From the NCBI GenBank assembly GCA_052327205.1, contig CM126226.1, positions 37,510,001 to 37,574,000 of the forward strand: DNA of 64,000 nucleotides, written 5' to 3'. This document shows, in pieces, positions 37,511 through 50,030 of the stretch (position 1 is the first letter of the stretch; the number at the start of each line of letters is the position of its first letter). Below the pieces are notes generated by a model that saw nothing but the letters and a program-made list of their open reading frames with translations, had not been told where the DNA came from and did no database searches. Position numbers and translations under genes: made by a program. Source of the DNA: Somniosus microcephalus (taxonomy: Eukaryota).

Positions 37511-37957
37511 GAAAAGATATTGGAAAAAAATATATGTAGGCACTTATGGCCCACTGTAGTGTTACCAACAGGAATGAATGGCATTGAGTGTTTGTGTACT
37601 GGTGCGCTGACCTGTGGACTATTGTTCGAATTCACCTCCACCATTCCCCACATGCTGATTTCTTGGCACAATCTGTGACCTGCACTCCGATGCAGCATAT
37701 TGGAGCAATGGCAGCCTGCAGAGACACCTACTCTGTTCTTTTTGTAGAAAGGTACACTGAGAGGATTTCATTCCTGACAGTTGCAGTGTGATATCACAGC
37801 ATGGTGGCACTTAAAATAGAAACTAGTTTACTTTCCTTTTTAATTTGTTTTGTTAATTTTTGTGTTGGAGGAATGAGAGGTTTCTCCATTTCTGGCAGCC
37901 ACTGTGTGACGCACACTCCCAGTTATGTGCCAAATGGGTTAGGTGCAGATTGAAGGT

Positions 37958-38298
37958 CCATGGCTCAAGTGAGATTACATCGAGACTAACAGACCAGGAT
38001 GGTCCCAAACTCGATCTCCAGTCTATGCTGAGTTATCTGATCTGCAATTGGACTCAGTGCCCATGGGTTGGGAATGTGGAATTTAAGCTCGAGTCCAGAT
38101 TGTTATCCAGTGACTCTTGCTGGAAATGCGGGTGTGTGGGGTGAGGATAGGATTGGGAATGGCTGTGATGTCCCCCCGGACACTCGTTGTCAAGGCTCAC
38201 ATGTGAAGTGTCACACACTTGGATGAGGTGCCAGAGACCCAGAACCTGATCCCAGCAAGAAATCGGCACCTTTGAGGGTGGGGAGCAAGAAAATTGGC
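37958..38298 (+). mobile_element. LF-SINE-like, near full length
   Basis: cagaccaggatggtccca...tatccagtgactcttgctggaaa...ggtgaggatagg...aggctcacatgtgaag. Confidence 0.75.
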
Positions 38299-38864
38299 AG
38301 TTCCACATCAAACACTCTGCACTGCCCAGCAATTGGGCCTCGGGCTGTACCTCAGAAAATCACTGCCTGTTTTTCACCAGTGTGGCATTTTTCCATTTCT
38401 CATACCTGCAGCCTCTGTGAGGGACACTGCTGGACTTGCCAGATAATACACTGGTGCTATGACCTGCTGCCCTTCCAGCCAGCAGAGAGCCATTGGTCTG
38501 GCCTGGCCTCATGCCAAGATACCAGAGATGAAAGGACAGTTTCTGACCTGTTGCACCACCTGGCTCCCTGGAAAATTACTTCTTTGAGAAATTCTCACTT
38601 AATATCCGTTTTCTCCTGTCCAGTTTCCTACGTACTAGAGTTGGGATTAAATCTGGTAAAGGAAAGGTGAAATTTTTCTAAACAAACATTTACCTCAACA
38701 CCATTCGTTGGAGCAAAATCCTCTTTTCTCATAGGACCGCGTGTCTCTCATTGAAAATAATTTGGGAATAGGAAAGGAAGAGAAAGTCAACAAGTTTTGC
38801 ATATTTCTTGGTGCCATTGCATGACGAACGCCCCCATTCAAAAATGAAAACTCTATAAGGCAGA

Positions 38865-39272
38865 GAAGGAAAGAGTTTGCATTTATTTATATTACATCAG
38901 TGACTGCACTTCAAAAGTACTTCATTGGTTGTAAAGCACTTTGGGATATCCTGAGGTCGTGAAAGGTGCTATATAAATGCAAGACTTTTTTTTCCCTTTA
39001 TATACCATCTTACACAGCCTCAGGATGTCCCAAAACACTCACTGGTGCCAACACCGCAGCCAATGGGCAGTTAATCAGTTTTGACGTTGAAGGATGAATG
39101 TTGTCTAGGATACCCAGAGAGCTCCCCCACTCTGAAAATGGGATCTTGGATATCCACCTGAACAGGTACAGAGGTCTCATTCAAAACATAGCATCTCTGA
39201 CAATGCAGTACTTCCTCAGTATTATACTGAAATATCAGCCTAGATTACGTGATTAACTTTTAGTGGGGCTTG
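38865..39272. mobile_element. Minus-strand DeuSINE with a plus-strand DeuSINE tail (~38890-38995) inserted in its tail
   Basis: Two oppositely oriented ...tataaatgcaag tails are adjacent. Confidence 0.65.
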
Positions 39273-39530
39273 AAAGTGTTCAAACTGTAGCCTCCAGAGT
39301 TCTGGCAATCCGGCCTTCGAAATCCAGGCAGCTCAGTCCTTCTTGTGCAGGTATTGCTTATTCGCTGGTTACCACATTGGTGGCTTAATCCTACATCAGA
39401 GCACCAGGATCTGTTAGTATCAGCAGCTTGACATGTATGTGAATGAATGGGAACTGGGATTTAAACATTACAATGCTTCATGGTGCTTACCTGTGTGGCC
39501 CACAAAGACAACAAATTTTGACACACCTGC
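39273..39530. mobile_element. Possible hAT-type non-autonomous DNA transposon remnant
   Basis: Starts gtgttcaaact...atccggcc and ends gtggccc...ttttgacacacctg, resembling CAGGGGTGTC(C/A)AA TIRs. Confidence 0.35.
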
Positions 39531-40149
39531 TTCAAAGTTATTCACTGTAACTTTCCTTCCGTCTGGCTACCTCTACAGATAAAACTGTTGTTTATCTTTT
39601 CCAAACACGTCTTGTTAGTTATTTATTTATTTATATGTACAGAGCATACTTGATATAAAACAAGTCGTAAAAATGTAACTGCATCGTATAGTGTTTTGGG
39701 ACTTGGGTAAATCATTTGGAGGACATTATTGTGCTTGAATACTGAAGTCCGCAATCTGGCTTCTGTTCTGAAACACTACACAATATTTCCCCCCAAAAAA
39801 CCCACTCTGGATATTGTGCAGCCTCACGAGCACTAGATTCATACAGCGTAACAAGACTAAAGTACTGAAATCTGCAGATCTGTAGGCTTTGCTTTAGGTT
39901 GTGCAATGGGCTGGGTTGGAAATGTTGGTTCTGTTTCAATGAATTTGTTAAATTGGGCTAAGATCTTAGTCCCTGTAGCTGGTGTTTGGTTGACCTGTTT
40001 TATGTTATCAGGGTTCTGGAAACAAAGGCAGCCTGGGACACCAAGACACAACACCATGGAGTGATGGGGCAGGGCACAGGACTTCAACCCCTGCACCCCA
40101 CTAAACCACCAGGGGAAGCTTGAAGGGAAATCATCAGGTTCATTTAGTT

Positions 40150-40560
40150 TCATTTGGTAGCACTGAACCTCTGAGTCAGAAGGTCTTGAGTTCATAGAAG
40201 CTTACATAGAATCATGGAAACTTACAGCACAGAAGATGGCCATTCGGCCCGTGGTGCGTGCACTGGCCCATTCAAACCCCATTCCAGCCTGGCACTTCAG
40301 TGCAGTACTGAGGAGGTGTTCCATTGGATGTAAGAGCTCCCATGGCACTAATGAAGAAGAACAGGATGTTCTGGCCAACATTTCTCCCTCAACTAGTACC
40401 ACCAAAAAAACCCATCTGATCATTCTTTTGCTGTTTGCAAGACCTTGCTGTGCGCAGATTGGCTGCTCCGCTTTTCTACATAACAACAGTGACTGCACTT
40501 CAAAAAGTAATTCATCGGCTGTGAAGCGCTTTGGGACGTCCCAAGGACGTAGTAAGGTCC
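40150..40560 (+). mobile_element. DeuSINE with a short antisense CR1 tail inserted (~40200-40260)
   Basis: Head ggtagcactgaacctctgagtcagaagg, Deu core, and tail gcgctttgggacgtcc. Confidence 0.7.
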
Positions 40561-41149
40561 TATATTAATCCAGGTTTGTCCTATATTAATCCAGGTTCGT
40601 CCTGTCCCTCGTATCTGTTCACTTGGCAAATAAATTCACCTTCACAACATGATTGAAAATCTTCATCCCCTGTGGCCGCCCCCCGCTCCCCCATTGATTG
40701 TGTGTGTATATGTGGAGGGTCAGGAGAGGAGGGGGAAGGGTGAGAGGATCCATTAGCCATGTCCATGCACCTGAGCCTGCACTAGAAACTGTAAGCCTTG
40801 ATGAAATGAAGTGATTTTTTTAGACTGGAGCGGAAGACATTTGCCAGTGGAGTGCCAGCATTCCCTCAGCATTAAAGTGTGCTCCTTATTTATTCTGAGC
40901 ACCAGTCTGACTAACAGCGATTTAGATTAATAACATTCAGCCTAAGGAAGTAATTTCCTTTTGAGAAAATGATTTACATTCACCCTGCCAAAATCACAGC
41001 CACCATTCACTTGTCTTGTCAGCTCAAATAATCAAGTTTAAGAGAACACAGAAGGTTAATGGGTGCATCTTATCTCACCGAAACGGCAAAGGAAGATCTA
41101 CATCGCAAAACCGTTTTGTGCTTTCCTGATCAGAAATGTTGTCGATCGT

Positions 41150-41400
41150 TTCCTACCCCCTCCTGTTATGAAGGTGTTGCCTCTTTGCTGGGCACAGTTA
41201 CGCAAATGCTGGTCACCTGATACCTCACCCCAAAATAGCTATTCTTCACGTTTGAACCGTGACATTGAGCGTTGCTTGACGGACAGCCCAGATGATTCCG
41301 ATGCTGCCCTCCCCCGATGCCCACCTATGCACAGTTTCCAGCAGAAGTCACTGGATAGCGATTGGGAGCGGGCAGCCAGGCCAAATGAGTTCATGCAGTC
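41150..41400 (-). mobile_element. LF-SINE-like fragment
   Basis: tttccagcagaagtcactggatagcgattgggagcggg. Accounts for ORF 41063-41518. Confidence 0.65.
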
Positions 41401-41509
41401 TCAACAAGCATCCGTCTCACAGCACAAAACTGCCCAAAAGAGCATTAAATGTCGGCCTCGCTCAGCGAAGCCACAGGATGGAAGGTGCGACAAATGGAAC
41501 AATATCACG

Positions 41510-41950
41510 GTCATGTAGTGGTTATGTCACTGGACTAGTAATCCAGAGGCCTGGATTAATGATGCGGAGACATGAGTTAAAATCCCACCACGGCAGCTGG
41601 GGAATTTAAATTCAGTTAATTAAATAAATCTGGAATTAAAAAGCTAGTATCAGTAATGGTGACCATGACACTACCGATTGTCGTAAAAACCCATTTGGTT
41701 CACTAAATCTACTGTCCTTACCTGGTCTGGCCTATGTGATTCCAGACCCACAGCAATGTGGTTGACTCTTAACTGCCCTCTGAAATGGCCTCGCAAGACA
41801 CTCAGTTGCACCAAACCACTATGAAAAAGACCTTCACCACATGGTTTAAGAAGGTGGCTCACCACCATTTTCTCAAGGGCATTTAGGGATGGGCAATAAA
41901 TGCTGGCTTTGCCAGCGACGCCCACATCCCGTGAATGAATAAAATAAATC
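41510..41950 (+). mobile_element. Third-family tRNA SINE, full length
   Basis: A-box tagtggttatgtcactgg, B-box-like gagttaaaatccc, and tail gggcaataaatgctggctttgccagcgacgcccacatcccgtgaatgaataaaa. Confidence 0.85.
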
Positions 41951-42854
41951 ACACTGGTGCAATAGGTAATGCTCCTCTGACATTTGGGCTAAGCAACATT
42001 GTAGGAGCAAAGTGAAAGGAGCTTTACTTTGTATTTAATTTTGCTATACTTGAGCTGTGACTGGATCACTGAAATGGAGAGTATTCCATTCCCAGCAGTA
42101 TCATCTCTGGTCTTGAAGAGCAGAAAATTCACAAAAAAGGAACAAAGCCTTATGATGCTGTTGTTACAATTCAGGCTTCTTCCCAATCCTTTGTAATTGT
42201 TCTCACTGGAAAAGGCACCTTCAACAGGTGAGCCGACACTCCTTATAATCTGAAACTTAACATTATACATTTGGTATATGGGATATAGCCTGCCGCAGGG
42301 CAAACAGTCCTCTCGTTCATTTTAAATCTGATGCCGCATAGTGCGTAGGACTCCACTGTGTCTCCTATCACTTCAGAAGATGGATAATATAAGCCACACC
42401 AGCCACTTTTCATAACCGGCTAACCTATTAAAACGCTTTATTCCCACAGAGGATTATTTACAGAAGCTGGCAATATAGATGAGATATTGAGCAATCCAAC
42501 ACAGCACCAGAGGTTTGGAAACCGTTCGCAAGGGGTTAATTGAACAAAGCAGTCAGGCAAGACCTTTTGAATTCTCCTCACAGTACTTGAGATCAGGAAG
42601 ACATAAAAGGTCTCATTGCTCAGTAAAAACAGAATACAGTCTTTGTACAAAATATATAACTGCAAGTTTACGGAGTTTAATCCATTCCATGCACCAGGAC
42701 ACCACAAACCAAACTGAATCATAGGTGGCGGTGTGTATATTTCTGGCCAAGTTTCCACTCTGATCTGAAAGCAGTTTACTTCAGACCATCCTGAGGTGAT
42801 TACAGGGCAAGTACATTATTTTCAAACCAATTCAACAAGTTAACGATGCTCTGT

Positions 42855-43150
42855 CTGGCCTCCCAAACCCGCGGCCTCTAACACCTAGAAGGCCATGGGC
42901 AGCAGGCTCATGGAAACACCATCACCTCCAAGTCACACACCATCCTGACTTGGAATTATATCGCCATTCCTTCATCATCGCTGGGTCAAAATCCTGGAAC
43001 TCCCTACCTAACAGCACTGTTGGAGTACCTTCACCTCACGGACTGCAGCGGTTCAAGAAGGCGGCTTCCCACCACCTTCTCAAGGGCAATTAGGGGTCGG
43101 CAATAAATGCTGGCATTGCCAGCGATGCCCACATCCTAGGAACGAATTTT
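42855..43150 (+). mobile_element. LINE 3' end (21.6-kb family)
   Basis: cctcccaaacccgcg...gggtcaaaatcctggaactccctacctaacagc...gcccacatcc. Confidence 0.85.
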
Positions 43151-43794
43151 AACAATTAAATTGACGGCTGGCCCCTACAAATACTTAACGGGAAATGTTG
43201 CAGCGGTACATCAACTCTCAACTTTGCGATCAAGACACTAGCATGCCTAGATACTTAATTCTATCAAAGAGAGACTGTTGCACTAAAGTGGGCCGCTTGC
43301 CTCCGAGCACACTTTTAATGACAACGTGCCCTCCATTTTGAATGTAGTTTAAAATTGCTATTTCAATCCAATTGAAAACCAGAGAAACTCTGGGCAAATT
43401 TCAATTTCTTTGCCACAGTCATAATCCCTTAACCCCGTGGAAACCTGACTGAACTCCTCTTCCTCCATCGCCAGCTGAGCCCAGGCAATCCCATCTCCTG
43501 GGAAATGAACTCTTCCACCTTGTAGCAGTCAAACATGCCACATTAGATTCTTGCTATATTCTTTCTTTAATTTGTATTGCTTAAAGCTAAAGAAGCCCAA
43601 CTAGAGGTTCAAGACAGCGACTTGCTGCCTGGGTCAGTAAATCCAGAGGCAAGTCAACAAAGATATACCTTACAAATCTCCTGATCTAACGGTGAGATCC
43701 AAGATCCTCTATTCTGGCTGTTGTCAATTGAGTTACAGTATCAGGCCTCGTCACTACTGTATTTTGTAATGTTATAGATTACCGTATCGCAAGG

Positions 43795-44042
43795 ATGGCA
43801 GGAGGGTCGGTAACCAGAAGACACGGATTAAAGGTAATTGGCAAAAGCGCCAGAGGGGAGATGAGAATTTTTTTTAGGCAGCGAGTTATGATCTGGAATG
43901 CGCTGCCTGAAAGGGTGGTGGAAGCAGATTCAATAGTAATTTTCAAAAGGGAATTGAATAAATACTTGAAGGGAAGATTTGCAGGGCTATGGGGAAGAGC
44001 AGGGGAGTGTGACTAATTGGACAGCTCTTTCAAAGAGCTGGA
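43795..44042 (+). mobile_element. CR1 3' fragment
   Basis: ORF 43795-44016: GSVTRRHGLKVIGK...IWNALPERVVEADS. Confidence 0.9.
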
Positions 44043-44139
44043 TGATCCTATGTGCAAGTGTCTGTAAAAGTCTGCATCTAAACATTTTATCCTTTTTGTA
44101 TAAAGGATTTGAAAGATTTTAACACTTCAACATAAACAT

Positions 44140-44372
44140 CAATGCAGTACTGAGGGAATACTGCAATATTGGAGGTGCTGTCTTTTGGATAAGACATTAA
44201 ACCGAGGCCCCGACTGCCCCCTCAGGTGGACGTAAAAGATTCCATTGGCTGCTGCATTTCCTACATTACAAACGTGACTATGCTTCAAGAAGTATTTAAT
44301 TGGCCTTAAAGCGCTTTGGGATGCCGTGATATTGTGGAAGGCGCTATATGAATGCAAGTTTTTTCTTTCTTT
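44140..44372 (+). mobile_element. DeuSINE with an internal deletion of the core
   Basis: Jumps from ggacgtaaaagattcca directly to ttggctgctgcatttcctacattac. Confidence 0.75.
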
Positions 44373-44489
44373 AATATTTTTCTAATGTTCAGGTGAGTTG
44401 CAGTGTTGGAGCAGTCGTCTCTTAGCTTAACCATTGCTAACTCGATTAACCACCTCTGCTACTGAATGACGGGAGATGCCAAAGGAATA

Positions 44490-44850
44490 TGCTAGTGCTT
44501 GAATGTACTACGAATGGTCCTGGCTTTGAGCTCATCTGGGCTGCCATTGGCCATACCAGCTGTGGACTAGGGAAAATAAAAAGTGAGGCAGATTCTCTGC
44601 TCCTGATCGCTATTTGGTGACCCAAGCTGGAGCATGCACTCGCCATGGTTGTGCAGATAAGACACAGAAATGAAATATTTTGAGAGGGAAATTGGAGCCT
44701 GGTGGTTAGAGATGGATCTCTCATCAGACACTGAGCTGTTTCTTGTATCATGTGCAGGAATGCGAGCTGAAAGAGCCTCATGAGATATGGGAGGAGTACT
44801 GTAGCCTTGGCCAAGATCAGCCAGCACAGCACAGACCCAAGATCTTCCTC
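44490..44850. mobile_element. Degenerate LF-SINE-like fragments (plus, then minus)
   Basis: ctgctcctgatcgctatttggtgaccc on plus; gccaagatcagccagcacagcacagacc matches the head on minus. Confidence 0.45.
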
Positions 44851-45404
44851 ATCTGTAAGGTTCCCTCTCCTCACCCTGGGTGGTAAATTTAGCCACTATA
44901 AGTTGTCAGAACCTTTTCAGTAGAAAAACTGTTGTTTATTCCACAACCTCATCAGCCTTTTGGCAAGAGGGCAGCAGCCTGTCTGTTTCTGTGCCGCCAG
45001 CATTCTGTAGTCTGACCCAGAAAGGAGTGCGAGGGAAATGTTCCGCCTTACATCCGACTTCCTAATATTTAACCCGTCTCCCCTGGGATTTGAACCCTTC
45101 ACGATGGTGAACAATTGGCCCTGATCAGTTTTGGTAATCCCTTTCCCTTTAACAATTTTGAAATCTTTAATTTGTATTAATCTAAGTTAAAGCTTGATGG
45201 AAAAGCTGCATTGTGCTTCAGAATGGTGTAAAGCAGCAGCAAGCATGACGTGCCACAGAGTTGGGGGGCATGGCTTTTGGGCTCGTGGTTCCCGCTGGAC
45301 AGTGAGACTCTGATCCACCTCTTCTCTCAAGGAGCTCACGTAGGCTTAAAATAAAATCAGAGATGCGGTCTTTTCTGCTCACTCGTCGCACCCACTTCAT
45401 ACAT

Positions 45405-45846
45405 TAGTCAAGAAACTCGACACCATCCAGAACAAAGCAGCCCACTTGATTGGCACCCCATCCAGCACCTTAAACTTCCACTCCCTCCACCAGCGGCACA
45501 GTGTGTACCATCTACAAGATGAAATGCGGCAACTCACCAAGGCTTCTTCGACAGCACCTCAAGCCTGCATCCGCCACCACCTAGAAGGACAAGGGCAGCA
45601 GGCGCATGGGAACACACCACCTCCAAGTCACACATCATCCTGATTTGGAAATATATCACTGTTCCTTCATCGTCACTCGGTCAAAATTCCGGAACTCCCT
45701 CCCTAACAGCACTGTGGGAGCACTTTCACCACATGGACTGCAGCGGTTCAAGAAGGGGGCTCACCACAACCTTCTCAAGGGCATCTAGGAATGAGCAGTA
45801 AATGCTTGCCAGCGATGTCCACATTCTAAGAATGAATAAATAAAAA
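45405..45846 (+). mobile_element. LINE 3' fragment (21.6-kb family)
   Basis: caagaaactcgacaccatccagaacaaagcagcc...gaatgaataaa. Confidence 0.85.
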
Positions 45847-46149
45847 TGGCTGGATAAGAGAGCTAGCTCGTGCCCTTGGAACTGATAGGCTGCCAACCTT
45901 GCCTGTGGTGCCGTGCGGTGTGAGGAGATCTAGGAAGAGAGAAGGGGTGAAAATATATATCAAACTGTTAGCGGTAGTATAACTGCTTCGTGCAGTTCTC
46001 AGAATCTAATAGTCACATTTTAATGGACCGCACACACGGCAAGTTATTAAAAACGTAACTGTGTAGGAGGATTTTTGTTGTTGAGAAATCAGAATCTTTT
46101 AGTGTGGGATGGTAACAAGGCTGAAAAGAGGAAGACTAGAAGGTGAGAT

Positions 46150-46400
46150 AGATCAGGAAGTGGTGATTAGGCGACACCAAGTTTGGTTTAAAAAAATCTT
46201 TTATTTGTAGGGGAAGGGAAACCTGAGGGAGTTGGGGAGTTCCATCGTTTTGAGGTCCTAGGAAAGAATGAGTTTGAGTAGGAAATGGTGCGATGAGTCT
46301 TGCTTTCAACAGTGAGGATGGAGAGAGGGGAAGAATGTGTAAGGTGGGATATTTGCAACTTCGATAGAACAAAAATAGAAAGCTCAGAGAAATAATGACC
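46150..46400 (-). mobile_element. Degenerate LINE 3' end (Jockey/CR1-like)
   Basis: ORF 46188-46502 contains NSFFPRTSKRWNS, a typical non-LTR ORF2 C-terminal motif. Confidence 0.6.
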
Positions 46401-46744
46401 ATAATTTTTCTTTAAAACATCTGAGTGTGATGCAAGTTGAATAAAATGCACAATGTCTGGAATAGTTCTGAACTGGAAACTAAACCAAACTACCCTTTCC
46501 ATTGCTGGCCATCGTTGGGTATGAATTCGACAGTAGGCCTTAAGTAGGCCTTAAAGGGTTGTGGATTCACTCGGCTGTGCAAATTGTGCATAATGGAGTT
46601 GCATTCTGTAAATCCCTGGGCCCCTCGGCAATATGAACTCGCTTTGCCCTCGGCTGTCCTTTCAGAACTTGGCAATGACACAGCAGAGCACAATGATACG
46701 TCCACGAAGGGTGGTACAAAAATGCCTCAATGCTCTCACTGTAC

Positions 46745-47155
46745 AACTACACACATACACACAGATAGACATTCTCTTACTCACACACACTCTGTGTGTC
46801 TGTCTCGGTCTCTCACACACACACACACACACTATGTATCCGTCTCTCTCACAACAAACACTGTATCTGTCTCTCACACAACACACACACACTGTATCTG
46901 TCTCTCACACAACACACACACACTGTATCTGTCTCTCACATAACACACACACACTGTATCTGTCTCTCACACAACACACACACACTGTATCTGTCTCACA
47001 CACACTCTCACTCTTTCCAGCTGCTTCACTCATTCAGTTGACTATCCCTCCATATCTTTCGGTCTCTGTCTCATCTGTTTCTCACTCACTCTTTCTCATA
47101 CTCACTCTCATGCTCTCTTTCACTCTCTCTTTCACTTTCGGTCTCTCTCGCTCTG
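46745..47155. repeat. (CA)n-derived ~31-bp minisatellite plus a CT-rich tract
   Basis: Unit acactgtatctgtctctcacacaacacac repeated about 5-6 times. Confidence 0.9.
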
Positions 47156-47864
47156 ACCTGGAATAGCTACCTATTCTCCCTTGGTCCCAGGGAAGGTCTG
47201 TCTAGAACACCTGAATGTTTGAGAATTGCTGTGAGCTTTTTGTTGGATGTTACTCAAACAGCAAGCATTCCTCGTCCCTCAGCCTTCTCAGTCAGATGTT
47301 TATTTATCGGACCTGTCCCACTTCAAAAAAGCCAATATTATTCTTGCTTTGCAGCAGTGAAAAGTGATATTTTAACAGGATTGTGACAGCTGAATCTTTC
47401 TGTAATTGAATGGTTTATTGACCGCTGATAGGATTAATTAAAAATTCAGATATATTAAACTTCAGGAAAAACCTCCTGGTCCCATGTGCCTTCAGTGTGT
47501 TTCACAAGGACATGACGACACGGGGCTTTGATTGGTGGGACCAGCAGGACCACCATGTAAATCCAATAGGTCCAACAAATCCTGTTTTTAAAAAAAAAGA
47601 TACTTTTGCTCCTTTGTGTCTCTTTCCCACATACCATCTGTGGCTCGAAAGGTTGGACGGGTGACCTGCTCACAGGCCTCTGCCACTGGTGCTCTTGAGG
47701 CAGCTGCCCAGGTGCGTGGTGATAGCCACACCTGGCCTCCACTCACTGCTCTCTCTCCATGCCTGTTCCGAGTCCCGGTGCCAACTTACGTGTTCTCTAC
47801 CTGACTCGGTCACATGAGAAGTCTAGCTGCCTCTGCTGTCTTACTCGCTTTCTTCTTTTAATTT

Positions 47865-48165
47865 TTTTCCCCTCCTAACTCCCCATCTCTCCTGAAGGCA
47901 TTGACTCTCCAGTTGCATGGGTGAGCATAGAGAATGAGTGTCAGCAGGCTATTCGACCACCAAGGGCATCACAATTGAGCTGTTGCTTTCCTCACCCACT
48001 GTTCACACAGGCTCACTTTCAGGCAGGAGTCACTGGATAGGGACAATCCTGCTTGACTTTACCCTCCCTAGCCCAGGGTCATTGGGACAACCAGTACCCC
48101 AACTGGAACTCCAGACCAGGGATCAAACCTGGCACTTTCTGGTCTGTGTGGCTCAAGTACACTAA
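47865..48165 (-). mobile_element. LF-SINE-like, near full length
   Basis: ctcctgaaggcattgactc...gagtgtcagcaggctattcgacc...gtcactggatag...ccagggatcaaacctgg...ggtctgtgtggctca. Confidence 0.8.
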
Positions 48166-48309
48166 CATTAATATATTCTATGTAAAAACATCTATAATCC
48201 TCGATTAGATTGCAGCCTGTAACTCACTCCCGGGTATCTGTTATTCTCTCTCTATTGTGGATGAGTGATTAAATGTTGTTACCCATCCATATTACTGACC
48301 TGTTTCAAT

Positions 48310-48668
48310 GAGACCTGTACCCATTTGACGGGCGCGGTAGGACGCCAGGCCCTCGTCCAAGGGACTATTGTTATTTGAGCTCAGATAGTCAGCGAGAGCA
48401 GTTTGGGGATCACAGCTGAGCCAGATCCTGTTCTCACACCCAGGTTTTTTCCAGGATTCTGATCAGGATATGGAACCCTGGCTGGCTGATTTCACCCCTC
48501 CCCACCCCCGCTCTTTCCTAACCTGGGGTGCCGAAGCCAATTCTAGTACTAGTCCTACTGCTGCCCTGGCTAAGATCAGCTAACTCAGCACAGATTGCTC
48601 ATTGAACCCGAGACCTGGTCTCTGTAACTCGACTACAGGCTGCTTTAACCGGCTGAGCCATCAGGGAC
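48310..48668 (-). mobile_element. LF-SINE-like, near full length
   Basis: atcacagctgagccagatcctgttctcac...cctactgctgccctggctaagatcagctaactcagcacaga. Confidence 0.8.
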
Positions 48669-48869
48669 CTGCTAACAGCTTGAAATAATAGAAATAAATC
48701 TTCGGTGCTAATACTGCCTGTCTACATCTAACTGTAATGCCTGAAGTAGGTTATCCTTTTCAAATGGATTTATGTTTTTAAGTTTTACAAATGAAAGTTC
48801 AGCATATTAATGCCTTCTTTATTCAGTGAGGATTTTTTTTCTCCCCTCCATTTAAAAGTAAGGACAGTT

Positions 48870-49075
48870 ATTCTGACCCGATGATCACACGTACTGACAT
48901 CGAACACCACCAACTAGTTAGTGATCAGCTGCAGCAACCCTGGTGATTTCCCCCTCACTAACCTGGGGGCACTGAGCCCAATTGTAACTTCCCCAGCTGA
49001 GACCAGTCGACTCTCTACAGCCCAGGGTTCGAACGTGGACCCTGCTGGTCCGTGTACGTGCTGGATTCCATTGAC
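48870..49075 (-). mobile_element. LF-SINE-like 5' half
   Basis: ccctcactaacctgggggcactgagcccaattgta...cagggttcgaacgtggacc. Confidence 0.65.
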
Positions 49076-49137
49076 ACCATCCGACCCGACCACAAACATT
49101 AGTATTATTTGTGGGGGAAATTACCAGGGCTGCTGGA

Positions 49138-49350
49138 TCATAGAATGATGCAGCACAGAAGGAGGCTATTCGGCCCATCATGCCTGTGTCAGCTCTTTGG
49201 TAGAGCTATCCAATTAATCCCATCGCCCTGTAATTTTTTTCCCTTCGTGTATTTATCCATTTCGCTTTTGAAAGTTATTATTGAATCTGCTTCCACCGCC
49301 CTTTCAGGCAGCGCATTCCAGATCACAACAACCCGCTGTATAAAAAAAAT
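49138..49350 (-). mobile_element. CR1 3' fragment
   Basis: ORF 49189-49374: QRVVVIWNALPERAVEADS. Confidence 0.9.
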
Positions 49351-49465
49351 CTTCCAGTTCTGACGAAAGGTCATCGACCTGAAGCGTTAATGCCGTTCCT
49401 CTCTCCACAGATGTTGCCTGACTTGCTGAGTGTTTTCCTAGCATTTACTATTTTTATTTTAGTTT
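49351..49465 (+). mobile_element. Penelope-like terminal repeat fragment with a mutated hammerhead (49356-49392)
   Basis: AGUU-CUGACGA-A-AGGUC-AUC-GACCU-GAAG-CGUU-AAUG, followed by ctctccacagatgttgcctgacttgctgag. Confidence 0.65.
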
Positions 49466-49804
49466 TATTTCACGTGGGTTAATATGTTATGCATATTTAT
49501 GCAATGCAGAATAATGTTGCATCGTGCTGTTATGAAAGCAGCTTTGTTTTTTTATAATTCAAAGACAGGTGACCCACTGTAAAGGTGAGGTTGTCCCATC
49601 GTGCTGTAGTTCTTGTAATGAGGCCTCGGCTCTGCTGAATCACTGCAGAGTGTGCACTTTAGGTCATGAGCCGATGTAGGCAAGCCTTAAATTACTCTAA
49701 ATCAGTTGTTTCTGAAACAAGTCACAGAAATATACAAGGGAGTGATTACACTTCAATGGTAGAGGAAACAATGAAAAATTGGAAGCCTGAAATCAAAACA
49801 GGAG

Positions 49805-50030
49805 ATCATAGAATTTTACAGCACAGGAGACCATTCAGCCCATCATGCCTGCTCCTGCACTTTGAAAGAGCTGTCCTGTCAGTCCCACTCTCCTTGCTCT
49901 GCTAATTTCTCCTTTTCAAGTATATAGCCAATTCCATTTTGAAAGTTACTATTGAATCTGCTTCCAGTACCCTTTCAAGGCAGCACATTCCAGATCATCA
50001 TAACTCGCTGCGTAAAAAGATTTCTCTTCA
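49805..50030 (-). mobile_element. CR1 3' fragment
   Basis: atcatagaattttacagcacagg...ttgaatctgcttcc...cacattccagatcatcataactcgctgcg. Confidence 0.85.

Noticed and set aside
41063-41518. 151-aa ORF as a host exon
   Set aside because: It largely overlaps an antisense LF-SINE-like copy and has no recognisable domain.
42076-42227. Open frame ending in a strong donor CAG|gtgagc
   Set aside because: No recognisable homology and an ambiguous acceptor. Not supportable without RNA data.
46584-47166. His/Thr-rich ORFs
   Set aside because: These are translations of a CA-rich minisatellite.
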